Shown here piece by piece: positions 1 through 13,040 of a stretch of DNA of 64,000 bases. The stretch spans positions 124,001 to 188,000 of the forward strand of contig NW_003314356.1 in the NCBI RefSeq assembly GCF_000143415.4. The letters are read 5' to 3'. A program made the translations under genes and the position numbers. The notes under the pieces were generated by a model. That model did not search any database, was not told the DNA's origin, and worked only from the letters and a program-made list of their open reading frames with translations. Positions within the stretch are counted from its first letter, which is position 1. The number at the start of each line of letters is the position of its first letter. The DNA comes from Selaginella moellendorffii (taxonomy: Eukaryota > Plantae > Lycopodiophyta).

Positions 1-2911
1 CATAGTGGAAGGTGCAGCTACCTCTGCTCAGCATTTCGATGCTTGTGTCGAGGGGCTGGAAGTGTTGGTTGGCAAAACCACACTTGTGGAGACTTTTTAT
101 CTCGCGGATATCCATCGTGTGGATCTCATTCTTGGGATGCCATGGTTGGTGAAGGTGGATCCAGAGATAAAGTGGAGCATTAAGCGTATCTCGCTGGAGT
201 ATGGTGGCGTTAAAGATGTGTGGTTTGGCGAGGGCGTTCAACCACCAGTTGTTATGCTCTCTGCTACATCTTTGAAGCGGGCTTGTCGTAATGGAAAAGC
301 ACTTTCAAGTTACTTGCTGTTTGTTCGTGACTTGGGGGACCAAGGCACGTGTGGGGGAGAAGCAACAGTACGGGATGTACTTGATGAGTTTTCTGATGTT
401 TTTCCATCTGAACTTCCTCATGGATTGCCTCCATTACGAGGTGTGGAGCATGGGATTACATTGGAGCCGGGGACGCGGCCAATTTACCGGCGTCCATTTC
501 GGTTAAGTTATGCGGAGGAGCAAGAAGTTCAACGACAAGTCAAGGAGTTACTTGAGTTTGGATTTATTCAGCCAAGTAAGTCTCCGTTTGGTGCTCCGGT
601 CTTGCTTGTGAAGAAGGACGGTTCAATGCGGATGTGAATTGACTACCGTGCTTTAAACAAGAAGACAGTGAAGGACAAGATGCCGATGCCACGTGTGGAT
701 GATATCCTAGACAAGCTTGGTGAAGCACGAGTGTTTACCAAGATTGATCTGAGGAGTGGATATCATCAGATTGCAATGGATGATGCATCTATCTCCAAGA
801 CGGCATTCAACACAAGCTTTGGACATTTTGAGTTTACCGTTATGCCATTTGGTTTGACGAATGCACCGGCCACATTTACTCGGTTGATGATGGAGGTATT
901 TGGGCGTTATCTTCATGAGTTTGTGGAGATTTTCTTGGACGATATTCTTGCTTTTAGCAAGAATATGGAGGAGCATAGGGTGCATTTGCGCAAGGTTCTT
1001 TTGTTACTTCGAGACAGCAAACTTTATGCGAAGAAGAGCAAATGTGAATTTGCAAAGTCGGAGGTGGAATATCTAGGCCATATTGTGACATCTAAGGGTG
1101 TCAAGACGGATCCAAGGAAGGTGGCTGTGGTGGAAAACTGGCCTACACCGACTATAGTGGCCGAGTTGCGCAGTTTTCTTGGTATGGCTAGTTACTACCG
1201 ACGTTTCCAGCATAAGTTTGCAAAGGTGGCTATTCCATTGACGCGGTTGTTACGCAAGAATGTGCCATTCGAGTGGAAGACGCCACAAGAGGAGAGTTTT
1301 GTGGCGCTGAAATGATTGTTGATCGAGGCTCCAGTGCTTCACATTGCTGATCCATCGAAACCTTACGAGGTGACATGCGATGCGAGTGGTTATGCACTAG
1401 GAGGAGTTCTCATGCAAGAGGGACAGCCTATTGCATATGAGAGTCGAACTTTGAATTCCGCGGAGCAACGCTATTCCACATATGAGCAAGAGTTACTCTC
1501 TATTGTTCATGCTTTGCGGACGTGGCGGCACTATCTTTATGGTGCAGTGTTCGTGGTGTTGACAGATCACAAACCACTTGTGTATCTTTTCACACAGAAG
1601 GAGTTGAACACTAGGCAAGCTCGTTGGATGGTCAAACTCATGGAGTTTGGGGAGTTTCCTATTGAGCATCGTCCGGGAAAATCAAATGTGGTGGCGGATG
1701 CTTTATCTCGTGTTCGTCATTTGACGATGTTACGAACACGATTTTGTCATCATTTGAGTAAGGTGGTCAGCGAGTTTGGGCACTTGGTTGAGCATGCTCA
1801 GGCTCAGGATGCTGAGGTGGCCTCTTTGCGAGACCAGATGGAAGCTCCTTTCTCATTGGTGGATGGGATTCTCTACTACAATGGCCGTGTCTATTTGCCA
1901 CGGGTGGATGCGTTAATTACTCAAGTTTTATTCTACTATCATGATCGTTCAGAGGCCGGTCATTTTGGGGGGAAGAAGACATATGAGTTGATTAGGCGCA
2001 ACTTTTATTGGAGGAATATGAAGGCTGATATCCTCAAGTATTGTAAATCATGCGAGCTTTGTCAGCGGGTTAAGGTGCCACGGGAGAAGCCATGGGGACT
2101 TTTGCAACCTTTACCTATTCCTCAGAGCCGTTGGTGTAGTATCTCTATGGACTTCATCACTTGTTTGCCACGAACACAGAGGCAAAAGGAGCAAGTATGG
2201 GTCATAGTAGATCGGTTGACGAAGTATGTGCGGTTGTTGGCTCTTCGGAAGATTGTCACTGCCTCAGACTTGGCTGCGGTTTACTTGGAGAAGGTTTTTC
2301 CTGATTTTGGTTTGCCGGAGGACATCATTAGTGATCGAGATTCAAAGTTCACTAGTGGATTTTGGAAAAGCTTTGCAAAGGCTATGCAAGTGACTTTGAA
2401 ACTCTCGAGTGGAGATCATCCTCAGACGGATGGGCAAACTGAGCGTGTGAATCAGGTGGTGGAGGATATGCTATGTTGTAGTATTGGTCAAAGGCAAGGA
2501 CAGTGGGATCTATATCTTCCGTTGGTGCAATTTGCTTACAACAATAGCCAACACAGTGGAACCAAGCTAAGTCCTTACTTTGCGATGTTTGGAAGGCATC
2601 CTCGAACAGCGGTGGAGTTGGGATTGCATTTGAGTAAGGACGTTCAAGAAAAGCTTGATTCCGAGGCAACTGATCTGGCCACAGAACTTGATGAGATTCT
2701 GGTGGTATGCAAACGGAATTTGCAAGCAGCTCAGGATAGAGCGGAGAAGTTTGCTAATGAGCATCGCCAATTCCGGGAATATAAGGTGGGTGATCTCGTC
2801 TTCGTGCGAGTGATCTTTCCGTCAAGTGAGCGGCGGAACATCTTGGTGCCTTTACGGATAGGGAAGAGTGATAAACTCTCCCATCGATATGCTGGTCCAT
2901 ATGAAGTTATT
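1..2911 (+). mobile_element. Ty3/gypsy LTR-retrotransposon pol (protease C-terminus, RT, RNase H, integrase), disabled and 3'-truncated
   Basis: ORFs 5-637, 668-1315 and 1316-2968 share one frame, separated by in-frame TGA codons at 635 and 1313. Motifs: SPFGAPVLLV, IDLRSGYHQI, FLDDIL (RT); CDASGYALGGVL, TDHKPL (RNase H); H..H..C..C, ISMDFI, SDRD, QTDGQTERVNQ, YAGPY (integrase). Homology stops abruptly after GPYEVI. Confidence 0.95.
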
Positions 2912-5790
2912 ACTGGGTCTGACAAGCATGACCATTCCTTTGCAGACCTGTACTGGATTGAATGCTGAATCCGGCTTCTTGTTCCTCGGCCCACAATAGT
3001 AATCCTCAACATCGTTATCTGTCACTGCATTTCCAGAGGACATTGTTCCGCTACTATCTGGTGCTCTGGGTTCTGGCCAAAAGGACTCTTCCAATTCTTC
3101 ATATACAACCGGCCCATTTTGGATAGCAGATATAATCTTCTCCCAGTATTCGAGCAAAGGCTTGCACCTCTGAAAATAGGATTCTCCACCAAACACCAGC
3201 CCCCTCTTCCAGAAGGCAATATGCTATCTAATCCCGGCCACTATACTTTCCTGGTCTTTGAGTCCATCCAGGTGCATCGGCTGTGGGGAACCCTGAGGAA
3301 TCATAGGTTCCCCAGTTATGGGATCTCTCTTGAAGAGTTCAATGCCGTCCACTGGCAGCCACACTGTGTCCCATTCTCTCATCTTGTACCTCATCACTGA
3401 AGCACCGTCACATATGCTGAAATGAAACTGAAGAGGCTTGGAGTGGCCAATCAGCGTTTCGGATCCGTCCCTGATGTAGCCTCTTACAAACCCCTTAAAG
3501 TCTGGAACCTCTGTCACAAGTGCAGCTTCAACAGTGCCTTTGATGCAATTTTGGAATTCATCGTAGAGTTGTGGGAGGGTGAGGACATTGGATCGCCGGA
3601 GGGACTCTGCCAGGTGACTGAACATGGCATCGACGTCTTCATGAGTGTGCCCAACCATGAGAAAGCCAAGTGTAACCGTTTCAAATATGCCTTTGGCAAC
3701 AAGCATCGCCAAGTACGCGAAGACGTACATGTTTTTGTTCTCACTGCCAGCATTGTCTGTTTGGAACAGAAGATGGGGTGGAAGGCCACATCAGCCACAA
3801 GAACTTCCTTGAGATTCTGCTTTGTTTGGATGAGACTGTGCATTCACCGGGCGACCAGCCTCGTCGGAATGGCATGAGGCCTCACGTGATAACCCTACAA
3901 TCTGACGGCCAACATATTCACTGGGATGGCATGGGGCCCCACGCGATACTGCAAGCCTTTGCTCCTCCTCCAGCTGAACCCTGTATGGGGTTCGATCGAC
4001 AAGGGCCTTATGCAAGGGTTGGCCATTCAGCTCAGTCTGCGCACTTTGCAGAGACCTTAAGTGTTTTTCTAGGGACTGTAGCGCACCTTATCTCTCTCCC
4101 CTTAAGCCAACTGGAAAAGGGGCAATTACTTGATGAGAGAGCCCTTAGTGGCTATTTTATCCCCATTTATCCCCCAAGGTTCCAAGGATCCACGGTGACA
4201 GTATATCCAAATCTCATCCCATGATCACATGCGCTACACTCACCCCCCCTTCAGAGATGTCAATGTCCTCATTGATTATTGACTAACAACCCCTACTGAG
4301 CCAAGGGGAACCAGCACCTCCATTTCTGCACTCAATCTACCAATCCTTCCATTGTGTAGACCAGCTATTTCATGTGAGGCAACTAGTCATCCACCCGTAC
4401 CGCAGTCCCATAGTGGATACCTTCGTCCGTGGATACTCCACACAAGAGGAAGGACGTACGCATTGATGCCCAATACGTACGATTTCAAATTTAGGGGTAG
4501 GAATATACCTTGCTCAAGGGTATATTATACTTTTAAGTAACCACTAATCAATGGGAATCGAACCCGTGCCATTTGCTCCGATACCAACTGTAGCGCACCT
4601 TATCTCTCTCCCCTTAAGCCAACTGGAAAAGGGGCAATTGCTTGATGAGAGAGCCCTTAGTGGGTATTTTATCCCCATTTATCCCCCAAGGTTCCAAGGA
4701 TCCACGGTGACAGTATATCCAAATCTCATCCCATAATCACATGCGCTACAGGGACGCAATCATCATGTTTGCACCCCCGCCACCCCATAGAGGTACAAAG
4801 AAGTTCCCATAGTTCTGGGCACCATGCCCATGAGCGATTATGCCAAACAGAGACACAGGCAGCTGCATGGATGAAGAGATTGCCTTGGGGGCAGGATTGA
4901 GTCGAGGTAAGCACATCTTTTTCTGGTCCATTTTGTCGTGGATGATGCAGAGGTAAGAGTCAGGTCTCTCCATGGAAAGAATCCTGTTATGATAATATGC
5001 AGTCCTGCAGCTTCTCTGCTCGATGTTGTGGTCGAGCCGCCTTCTAACCAACGTCTCTCGCTCTTGAGCGCTGCAAGAATTCTTCGACAAAACCATTTTG
5101 ATAGCAGTGCACTCGTCACACTTTGAAAAGCTTCCTATACTCACATCCCTGAACCTGTTGCTCCACAATCTACTAAATCTAGATTGGCTTAGCTTCCTGT
5201 AGCCATTACTCTGGAGTTCCCGATTCACATCTTCCAATATGGCCCCCTTGGTATACATGGAAGGGAGAACTTGTTGGGTGTCTCGTGTTCCATCTTCCAA
5301 GAGGCGGGTTTTATGTGGTTGCTGCTCGCTACATGTCTCGACAAACCTCTTGAAGATTGTCTCTCCATATACAACATGACCCCTGGTTTTGTGCATACCG
5401 TCATTCCCATGGACTGCCTGTTGAACCCTTTGTTCCTCGAACTCAGTTTTGATTCTGTAGAATGTGGTTCGAGGGACTCCATAAATGATTCTCCATGCCT
5501 TCATGCAGACCAAACCCCTCTGGAAGACCATGCCCCCCACCTGATGTTCTGAAGCATCAACAGATGACCGTAATGCCTCATACACAAAATTGCGAGTTGC
5601 CTTCCAGGACAATGTCTTGTATCTTGCTCTCTCCTCTTCAATAGCATCCCAATCAGCATGTTGACAGCACCTCCTCTTGCAACAAGCAACTGTCGAGACC
5701 ATTCGAACCTCCATCGCCATTTTCTGCCTTTTCGGTTCGTTGCTCAGATCCCTTTGGCTGCGCTTTAGGAAGGTGTACAGTTTTGAATGC
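2912..5790 (-). mobile_element. DUF7869-type (Sola-like) DDD/E transposase gene, pseudogenised, interrupted by a TRIM
   Basis: After removing the TRIM plus one TSD (679 bp), ORFs 4746-5720, 3791-4015, 3224-3730 and 2852-3196 are in one frame with two nonsense codons. Motifs: CCKRRC, FSKCDEC, IIHDKMDQKK, LPPHLLFQTDNAGSENKN, FLMVGHTHEDVDAMFS. The superfamily label is tentative. Confidence 0.75.
4077..4750 (-). mobile_element. TRIM (terminal-repeat retrotransposon in miniature), 674 bp
   Basis: 162-bp direct repeats at 4077-4238 and 4589-4750 with TGTAGCGC...GCGCTACA ends and 3 mismatches. 5-bp TSD GGGAC at 4072-4076 and 4751-4755. Minus-strand PBS TGGTATCGGAGC at 4575-4586 and PPT at 4239-4251. 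No coding capacity. Confidence 0.95.
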
Positions 5791-8764
5791 AGCCAAGGTA
5801 GAGCTCCATTTCTGAGAGTTATGACACAACATTTAAGAACTTAACTGCAAATGTGGATTTCCGCACAAGGGTCAGATTTCTAAAAAGATACACTAACAAC
5901 AACCATCACATGTGAAGAAAAATTACACCATAATGAAGATAATCAGGCATCAGAAGGAGTGATTAGAAATGCAATTCATTCCCAGAAAACACCTATACAG
6001 GAGACATGTGAAATGGAAATTGAGACTACTCAACAAGAAGGTGACAAAATATAGCTTCTGAGATTTTAAGAAAAAAAAAGACAAATATTACCAAAAATAT
6101 GAATATCATAAAGTTCAAATTTTAAAAGATAAGCTTATATGCAGAGACTCTCAAAATCCTCTATTGATTTACCTCTGTTGCTACAGTAAACCATGAGCAC
6201 CATTCCAGTCAGATTGCTACAACAGGTAGCTTTTGATGCATACTTAGACAAAAGAAAGTAATTTTACATTGCAGATGATATTGCTAAGGGACTTGTGTCT
6301 AGCATCATTCAAAGTAAGCAAAATTAAAGTGACAGAAACATAAATATTGGATATTTCTTTCAGAGGATAAAGAGAATGAAATTGAAAATGAAGATGACAA
6401 AGAAACCTCTGATGAATCAGGTATGTAAAAGTAATTAAGTATTTTTCAAAATAGTTGACCACGTCTTTACTCTGCAGATACAGACTCAGTTTCTAACAAA
6501 ACAATGATAAATTTATCACAAGAGAAATTGAGACACATGGGGATTGATAAAGCAATTGAAATTCGTAATATTGATGAGAGTGCAAGTATGTTACTATTTG
6601 CGGGGTATACACTGAACAGTTATGGACTACGCATGAATACTGGACGAGTGGCAGGAAACCGACTACATGTTGACATGACAGATTTTACTGGCACTGAAAC
6701 TATTACAGTATGGATGTACTCTGATGTTGCAGAGAAAATATCTCAGCAGTTTGCAAGAGGAAAATGAATTAAATTGTTTGGATTTGAGGTAGTACCAATT
6801 GTACCCAAGTATGACAGAGGCACATGGAGATATTCCTTGAAAATCACAACTTCAACCATTATAGAAGAGTTTAACCACGAACCTCCACAGCTAAATCTTT
6901 TGGTACCAACAATGAGCATTGCTGAATTTAGCAAGTTACACAAGGGTCGTGAGTCAGTTGGCTCAGTCGAAGCTGTGATGATCAAAGCCACACAATTATT
7001 ACATAATAGTGCTGAAATCACAATTTCCGACAATGCAGATGCGGAAGGCTCACTGTCTGTAAGTAAAACAGACATGAAACTAGAAAAAAAAAAAAAAAAG
7101 AATTAAAACTGTGTGCATGTGAATGGCAGGTCAAATTTTTTGAAAGCAGCATGGATATTTTCAGGGAGATGTTGACAGAATTTCTGACTGGCATTGCACC
7201 AAATAGATGCTTCATCAATTTACAAGGTGATGGTATATTCAAGCGAGCAAATGTTTCTGGGATGACAATAGTCACACGAGTGGCAAGCAATTCTAAAAAT
7301 AAATATCTATCAGCGTTATATCGAGCAATTGGCACTAGCTGTACTGGGGTAAGTACACACAAAAATAACACAAAGCACTTCTTAATTGTTTTTAAACTTA
7401 ATTTATAGGTGCCTGGATGGTTCGAAATCGATAAGCTACGACCCGTGTTAATCCACACTGTCTGTAGTTCATGTAGCACGAGTGTTACACGGCAAATTGA
7501 TAAAGACACGGCTGCATGTTCTTCTTGCAATTATGTTGGTCCAGTAAAACAACTTCTATCGTTGAAAGGAATATTACACATGCAGGAGACAACCAAAAAT
7601 GTGAGCATTCCATCTTATATGTTGGATGTTTTATACAAGTTCAAGTCTCCATTTTTAACTTGCTGGAACAAAAACTCCACCAAAACAAAGAAGAAAATGA
7701 TAATGAATCCACCACATGGCAGTTTCTTATTGGGAGAATCTGATGATATAATAGCGTTTGCATCATCCACTCCAGTAAAACACATCCAGTGAGTCCATGA
7801 TCATTATACTTTCTGCTATCACAAGGTGTCTATGTAAAAGTACTGTGGTTGATTTATTAGCAAGCGATGAGCTTATGGATTATTGTGTTGTAAAGTCAAA
7901 ACTCATCAAATACAACATAAATCATAGAAACTATCATTGTACAATAGTTGAATGTTAACTGCACTTGTATACAATTAATTAAAAATGTGATTACAAACCA
8001 TATCCACTTCAAGGCTCTCATATGTAGGCCAAGGTCAAAACAGTCCATGATTGTAATGCAAACGAATGCTACTAGGAATTATTCGTTCACATGCATTATA
8101 CATCTCAAAGTCGTTTAGAGCTGAACCTGTTACAAATAAAATTAATAAAATGTACAGCCTAAGTAGTTCACCACAACACTTCTTTGAAGCTTGCATTCTT
8201 ATCAGTGGTGAGTGTCCTATTTAAGATAGAAATACACCCTAGAATAAATTAGCTGTTGAAGCCTGTCCCAGTATTGGCTGGGTTCTTCTGCAAATCCACA
8301 AAATAATTTTAAAATCAAAATCATTATTATTTATTAATGATTTATTATTAATTGATAATTATTTTGGATTAATGCACTGATTTTTTATTAGTTGATTATT
8401 ATTTTGGATTGATAATTTCTCTGTCACTGTATATGCATCCAAAATAATAATTGATTAATAAAAATACAATAATTATTATAAATATTTATAAATATATCTA
8501 ATTTTCTTGCTCAAGCTGGTCGTGAGAAAAAACAATAGCCATAGAAGGCACATCTTAGAATCAAAGCTGGTGAAGCTTAGTAGCAAACCTGGTAAAGCTG
8601 TAGAATACACAGATTGGAGTCAAAGTTGTAAGTCTTAGTAGCAATCTATAAAAATAAACATGCTAAGGGAAAGCAAAAAAGAAATAGTTTGAATAATTAC
8701 AACTACATCTTTTCAAATTGAAAATATTCTCTACTACTCCCAGCGGATCTGGGGCCCCTGCTAG
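5790..8764 (+). mobile_element. Helitron 3' portion (RPA-like cargo plus terminal hairpin and CTAG)
   Basis: Hairpin CCCAG-cggat-CTGGG at 8739-8753, CTAG at 8761-8764, then T. The 5' boundary is approximate. Confidence 0.7.
6478..7792 (+). pseudogene. RPA70-like multi-OB-fold ssDNA-binding protein, Helitron-borne; premature stop at about 6765
   Basis: VDMTDFTGTETITVWMYSDVAEKISQQF...FEVVP...YSLKITTSTIIEE resembles RPA70 DBD-A. The last exon has a CxxC-x13-CxxC Zn ribbon (CSSC...CSSC) as in DBD-C. Short GT-AG introns. About 1 kb upstream of a Helitron 3' end. Confidence 0.65.
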
Positions 8765-8880
8765 TGTTAGTGATAGTATATCAAACACTCATTTCATGAT
8801 CATATGAGCTACACTCCCATTTCTAAATCTTCTTTGGAGGAGCTCATCCCAAGTTAGCAACGTGGTGGAATATTTGCTAG

Positions 8881-9250
8881 TGATGTGGGCCAATGGGGGT
8901 GCCTTGGTATCAGAGCTCTGAAAGTTTAATATCCTGGTAATTTGTCACTATGGAGAGTGGCACAAAAAGGCATAATCAAAGTTTTAGCAAGATGTTGACT
9001 AGAGGTGCTATAAATCTGGAAGGGAGTTTGACTCTAGAGCCTCCAAATTAAGGATCTTGGAGGAGGTGTATAATCATTGATGAAGAATAAGCCAAAGAGG
9101 AGGCTGCGAAGGGATTCCACCCACTGTTTAAAGAATATTCATTGAGAGGAGCTTCAGTAGCATTTCTAGCAGCAAGAACCAGTGCACACCAATAACAATG
9201 GATTTGACAGTAGTAGAGTCAACCACAGGCTTGACTAGAGTGGCTTGACC
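8881..9250 (+). mobile_element. LTR-retrotransposon remnant: tRNA-iMet PBS and decayed gag start
   Basis: Perfect TGGTATCAGAGC at 8905-8916 followed by degenerate coding-like sequence. No intact LTR pair found. Confidence 0.45.
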
Positions 9251-9428
9251 CTTTCCAGACCTGAAAGTGCAGCAAGAAACAATGCAAGGCCGTCAAAGTC
9301 ATACATGCAAATACCAAGATTGGGCACTTGCAGTGCACAAACACATGCTTTATGGTGACTGTATGTCCTCCTACATGTTAAGAGGGCCTAAAAAAAGGCA
9401 AGGATGAGGGATTCCATCTACCTAAACC

Positions 9429-10440
9429 CTACTTCAAAGATGTAGTAAAGAGCATAACAATAGAAAGTTGAACTCCCTCTCCAAACCACACATCCTTAAT
9501 ACCACTATACTTTAGCGAGATGCACTTAATGCTCCACTTTATTTCTGGATCCACTTTTGCCAACTGTGGCATCCTAATAATGAGATTCATGTAATCGATT
9601 TTGTGAGATAAAAAGTCTCCACAATGTGGTTTTGCCAACCAACACTTCCAAGCTCTCTACACAAGCATCAAAATGCTGTGTAGGGGTAGCTGCACTTTCA
9701 ACTATATATAGAAGAACACCTCATATCACTATGTCATGCTCCTCATCAAACTTTGCTGAAACAAAGTTTTTATCACTTATTGTCTAGTAAAATCTGCACT
9801 GGACGGCCACAGAATACACCCTCCAGCATTAAAGTTGATGCATGAGTGTCCTCAACTGCCATCTTGTTTCACACACAATTGAGTCAATGATCAACAGTCA
9901 AAAGCCTCTTCCTCCAACCAAAATGATCTTCTTCATCATCCTCCCACTACAAAATCTTCAACTTTTTAATTTCTGACATACCGCATTAGAAGATTGACCA
10001 TTTGTCTTGCTCTGCTGCTTATTCTTTAGCTGTAGGCAATCAGCCTTGTAGTGCCAAGCTCACCACAATGATGACAATGTTGTCCACAAAGAACTTCTAT
10101 TTTTTTAACCATTCTTATTCAGAGTAGCCACTATAAACTTCAACTTGTAATGTTTGTTCTTGTCCTTGTATCCATGACAATCATCACTACAATTCTCAAT
10201 TAAAAATCTCCTTGAACACTTATGGGACTTGTGATTGTCATTGTCAAGTCAATAAGCCATATTAAAGAGCTCCTCTAAACTCTTTGTAGGTTGGGAATGA
10301 TGCAAGTGCTACCTCATGCTCTCACTGTGAATGCCATCAATGAAGTAGGACTTGTTCTGATTAGGATTAATTTTTATCTAAAGGACAACATATAACTTAT
10401 AACCACACTTCGTGCAAGATCTAACACTGTGAGATTAACA
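9429..10440 (-). mobile_element. Decayed gypsy gag-protease fragment, same family as 1-280 and 45740-46860
   Basis: ORF 9429-9638 (KVDPEIKWSIKCISLKYSGIKDVWFGEGVQ) closely matches ORF 5-637. A zinc-knuckle remnant lies near 10040-10080. Confidence 0.8.
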
Positions 10441-10696
10441 CCACCCTAGATTATTTTCCTTAAGCTGGTCCAGTGAGCTGGAGCAATACTATGAAACCAC
10501 TTGTAAAACGAAGAGACATATCAAGAAGTACATAAAAAAGAAGTATAGGGCATCTGCGCACTCTTTTCTCCATATAAAAGAGTGAGCAACTATTTCTTGT
10601 TTAAATAATGTCTAAATGGGCTAGTTTCATACTTTGATGAAAATATATACTCTTCAACCTCTTGTAGAAACCAGGATTAGCTTTGGGTTTTATATA

Positions 10697-13040
10697 TTAT
10701 TTTGATTTGGAAAGAAAGTTCTGTAGAGCTTCAATTCGAGCCTCAATCCCGTAGCAGTTATCTAAAGAGAGGGCACATGAGAACGGATGGAGACTCAATA
10801 AAAAAGACCTGAATTTTGATGCCTCAATGTATTAACTGCTCTTGGCACTCTTTCATCCCCAGAGCTTGCACTCCTGAAAGATGATTTGTCACTGGCAGTT
10901 TCTAAACCTTCCATAATAGCATATCTGCAGTTCATATTGAGTTAGCAAATGCTTAAATGGAATTTCTTTTGTACTTTGCAAGCTTTTCCTTTACGTCCTT
11001 CAGTATTTTTCCTGGAGACCCATGCCGCTCCCTTTTGGCTTTCTGCACATATCCGTTAACTTTAACAATATTTACTGCAGTATGCACCTGATGACCATCT
11101 TTTGTCATTCGGGCAGTGGTTCTCCTAACAGTAATTAGCAAAAAGGTGTATCCATAGTATTGCACCATAAACGTTCTTACCATGTCTTCCCTGGAGAAGA
11201 ATTTGAATGCGGACTAAGCCTTTCGATGACAGACTGAAATATCATAAATTAAATACAGGCTTTCAGCAACAAAAACAACCTGGGGTGGTGTTGTAGATCG
11301 TTCAGAGCAACTTGAACGACCAGTTCCGCATGTGTTTCTTCCACTGTGAAATAAATGAGGTGATATTCTATCGTTCTTTGACATGCCCCTAACGTTAGCA
11401 GTTATACGATTGTATATTTGTCTGTGTTCTTAATTACCTTGGAATGAATTGTTCCACGAAGGTAGATCTCGATGCAGAACTATGGTCCCTAAAGCTAAAT
11501 GTAGGACAAGAAGATGATCGGCTGCCTGTCGTGACAAATATAGCATCAATATGGAGGAAATTTGTACACCAACCTTTAGCTTGAGGAGATGGCCTCCGGC
11601 TATTGTTATTTGTTGCTACACCAGTACTACACACATGGCCAGGAACAGCTATGGTAATAGAAACAAAATAAATACTACCGAGTTCTTGTTCTTGCAGGTG
11701 GTAGCTGCCTAGCAGAAGACGCCCTTATTCTGCACAATGTAAATGGTTTTAGAGTAGCCATTTAGATATCATTTGGTGTTACTTACTTCCGCTTAAGGTG
11801 CTCAAGTTCGCTCTCACTCTCTCGAAGTCTCACCCGTGATCTTGTTTCACTGTCTTTGCAATGCTTGACCTATTGAGGCATTAATGTAAAACTTAACTTT
11901 TTCTTTCAAGAACGCACCTCCTCTAGAAGTGTAATTTTTTCCGCAGCTAAACTTGCAATTGCTTTCTTATGGTTGCTTCTTTCCCTTCTCAAATCCTCCT
12001 AAAGGTCACATCTTTTGAATGTAGATCATAGCATGTATGTACCTGAAGCTGTTCAACTCTCTTCCGCCATATGTGAATATCCTTTTGACAATCTTTCTGC
12101 ACAACAGTTGTAGTGAGTCAGTTGCGCCATAGCCCGACAGCATAAATACCTTTGCATCATACTTGGATGCCAGAAGTTTATACTTATGTTTCCAAACCAA
12201 CATTTCTTTTATCAAAATAGCCTTTTCATCTTGGAACCTGATCCGCAATAAAGAAATAATAATAATTATAAATGAGGAAAGAAGTACTTACCGGCTAGAA
12301 TCGTCTTGCACAATCTCGTCATCATCTTTCTGCCAAAGACGAAAGTGTAGTGAAAAAAAAAAGCACAAATACCTGGAAATCTATCGACCCAGAATTGTCT
12401 CTCCTAAATATGAGCCTCGACTTCAGCTCCGCCATTTCTATTTTTAACCTTTGAATTGTCCTCCTTAAGTTGTCTCGCTCAGGTATGTCTTCAAACAAAA
12501 GAGGCAGCGGATAGTGTACCCTGAGGCAGAATTTATACCAGTTCATTTCATAAAGTCCATTCTGTACCTGTCAAATTCTCCTACATACGTCAAAATTAGA
12601 TAGCGCTTGTTGTTTGTCGGTTCACCAGAAATTTGGCATGCATTTGTCTTTCTACAAAAAGGAAAAGCTTTAAAAGCTACTGAGTATTTATACCATACCT
12701 TGCTTTAAGAACTTCAAGTTCGTAATAAGTAAGCAAGCTTACGAATACAGAATCCGAGTCCTGAAGAATCGCTGATCGTAGCATTTTTACAAACACCGCA
12801 AAGCTTTTAGAATTTCCTGTCTTCTTTGTGATCTCTTCTATGTCTGCAAACAGAAACCATGAACCATAGCAGGAAGCAGAACCACATCCACCTACATCCG
12901 GAATTAAAATCTCCCCGCCAGAATGAACCATCATTTTTCTGCTCCGCTTCGACTCGCAATATCTCCTCTGGCAAGACCTTCACAGTAATCACATAAATAT
13001 CGTTCTCAAACACAAGCTCGGAATCATCACAGCGCTCCAT
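10697..13040 (-). CDS. CCDC61: Coiled-coil domain-containing protein 61 / VFL3 (centriole/basal-body, SAS6-like head); multi-exon
   Basis: Exon peptides FWRGDF, IEEITKKTGNSKSFAVFVKML, VSLLTYYELEVLK, NNKRYLILTYVGEFDRVHYPLPL, a coiled coil and C-terminal IEARIEALQNFLSKSK* (TAA at 10697). Confidence 0.88.

Noticed and set aside
635-1315. Programmed readthrough or RNA editing of the TGA codons in gypsy pol
   Set aside because: Both lie inside pol at positions normally coding ordinary residues, not at a gag-pol boundary; simple nonsense decay suffices.
4077-4238. Hammerhead ribozyme (retrozyme) in TRIM or LARD LTRs
   Set aside because: No CTGANGA...GAAA core with flanking helices was found on either strand.
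3119-5552. Plus-strand ORFs overlapping the transposase, including the duplicated VAHLISLPLSQLEK peptide
   Set aside because: Antisense shadows; the duplicated peptide is simply the TRIM LTR translated twice.
10469-10495. CCAGTGAGCTGG hairpin similar to the Helitron terminator
   Set aside because: One base shorter, not followed by CTAG-T, and no upstream similarity to the other ends.
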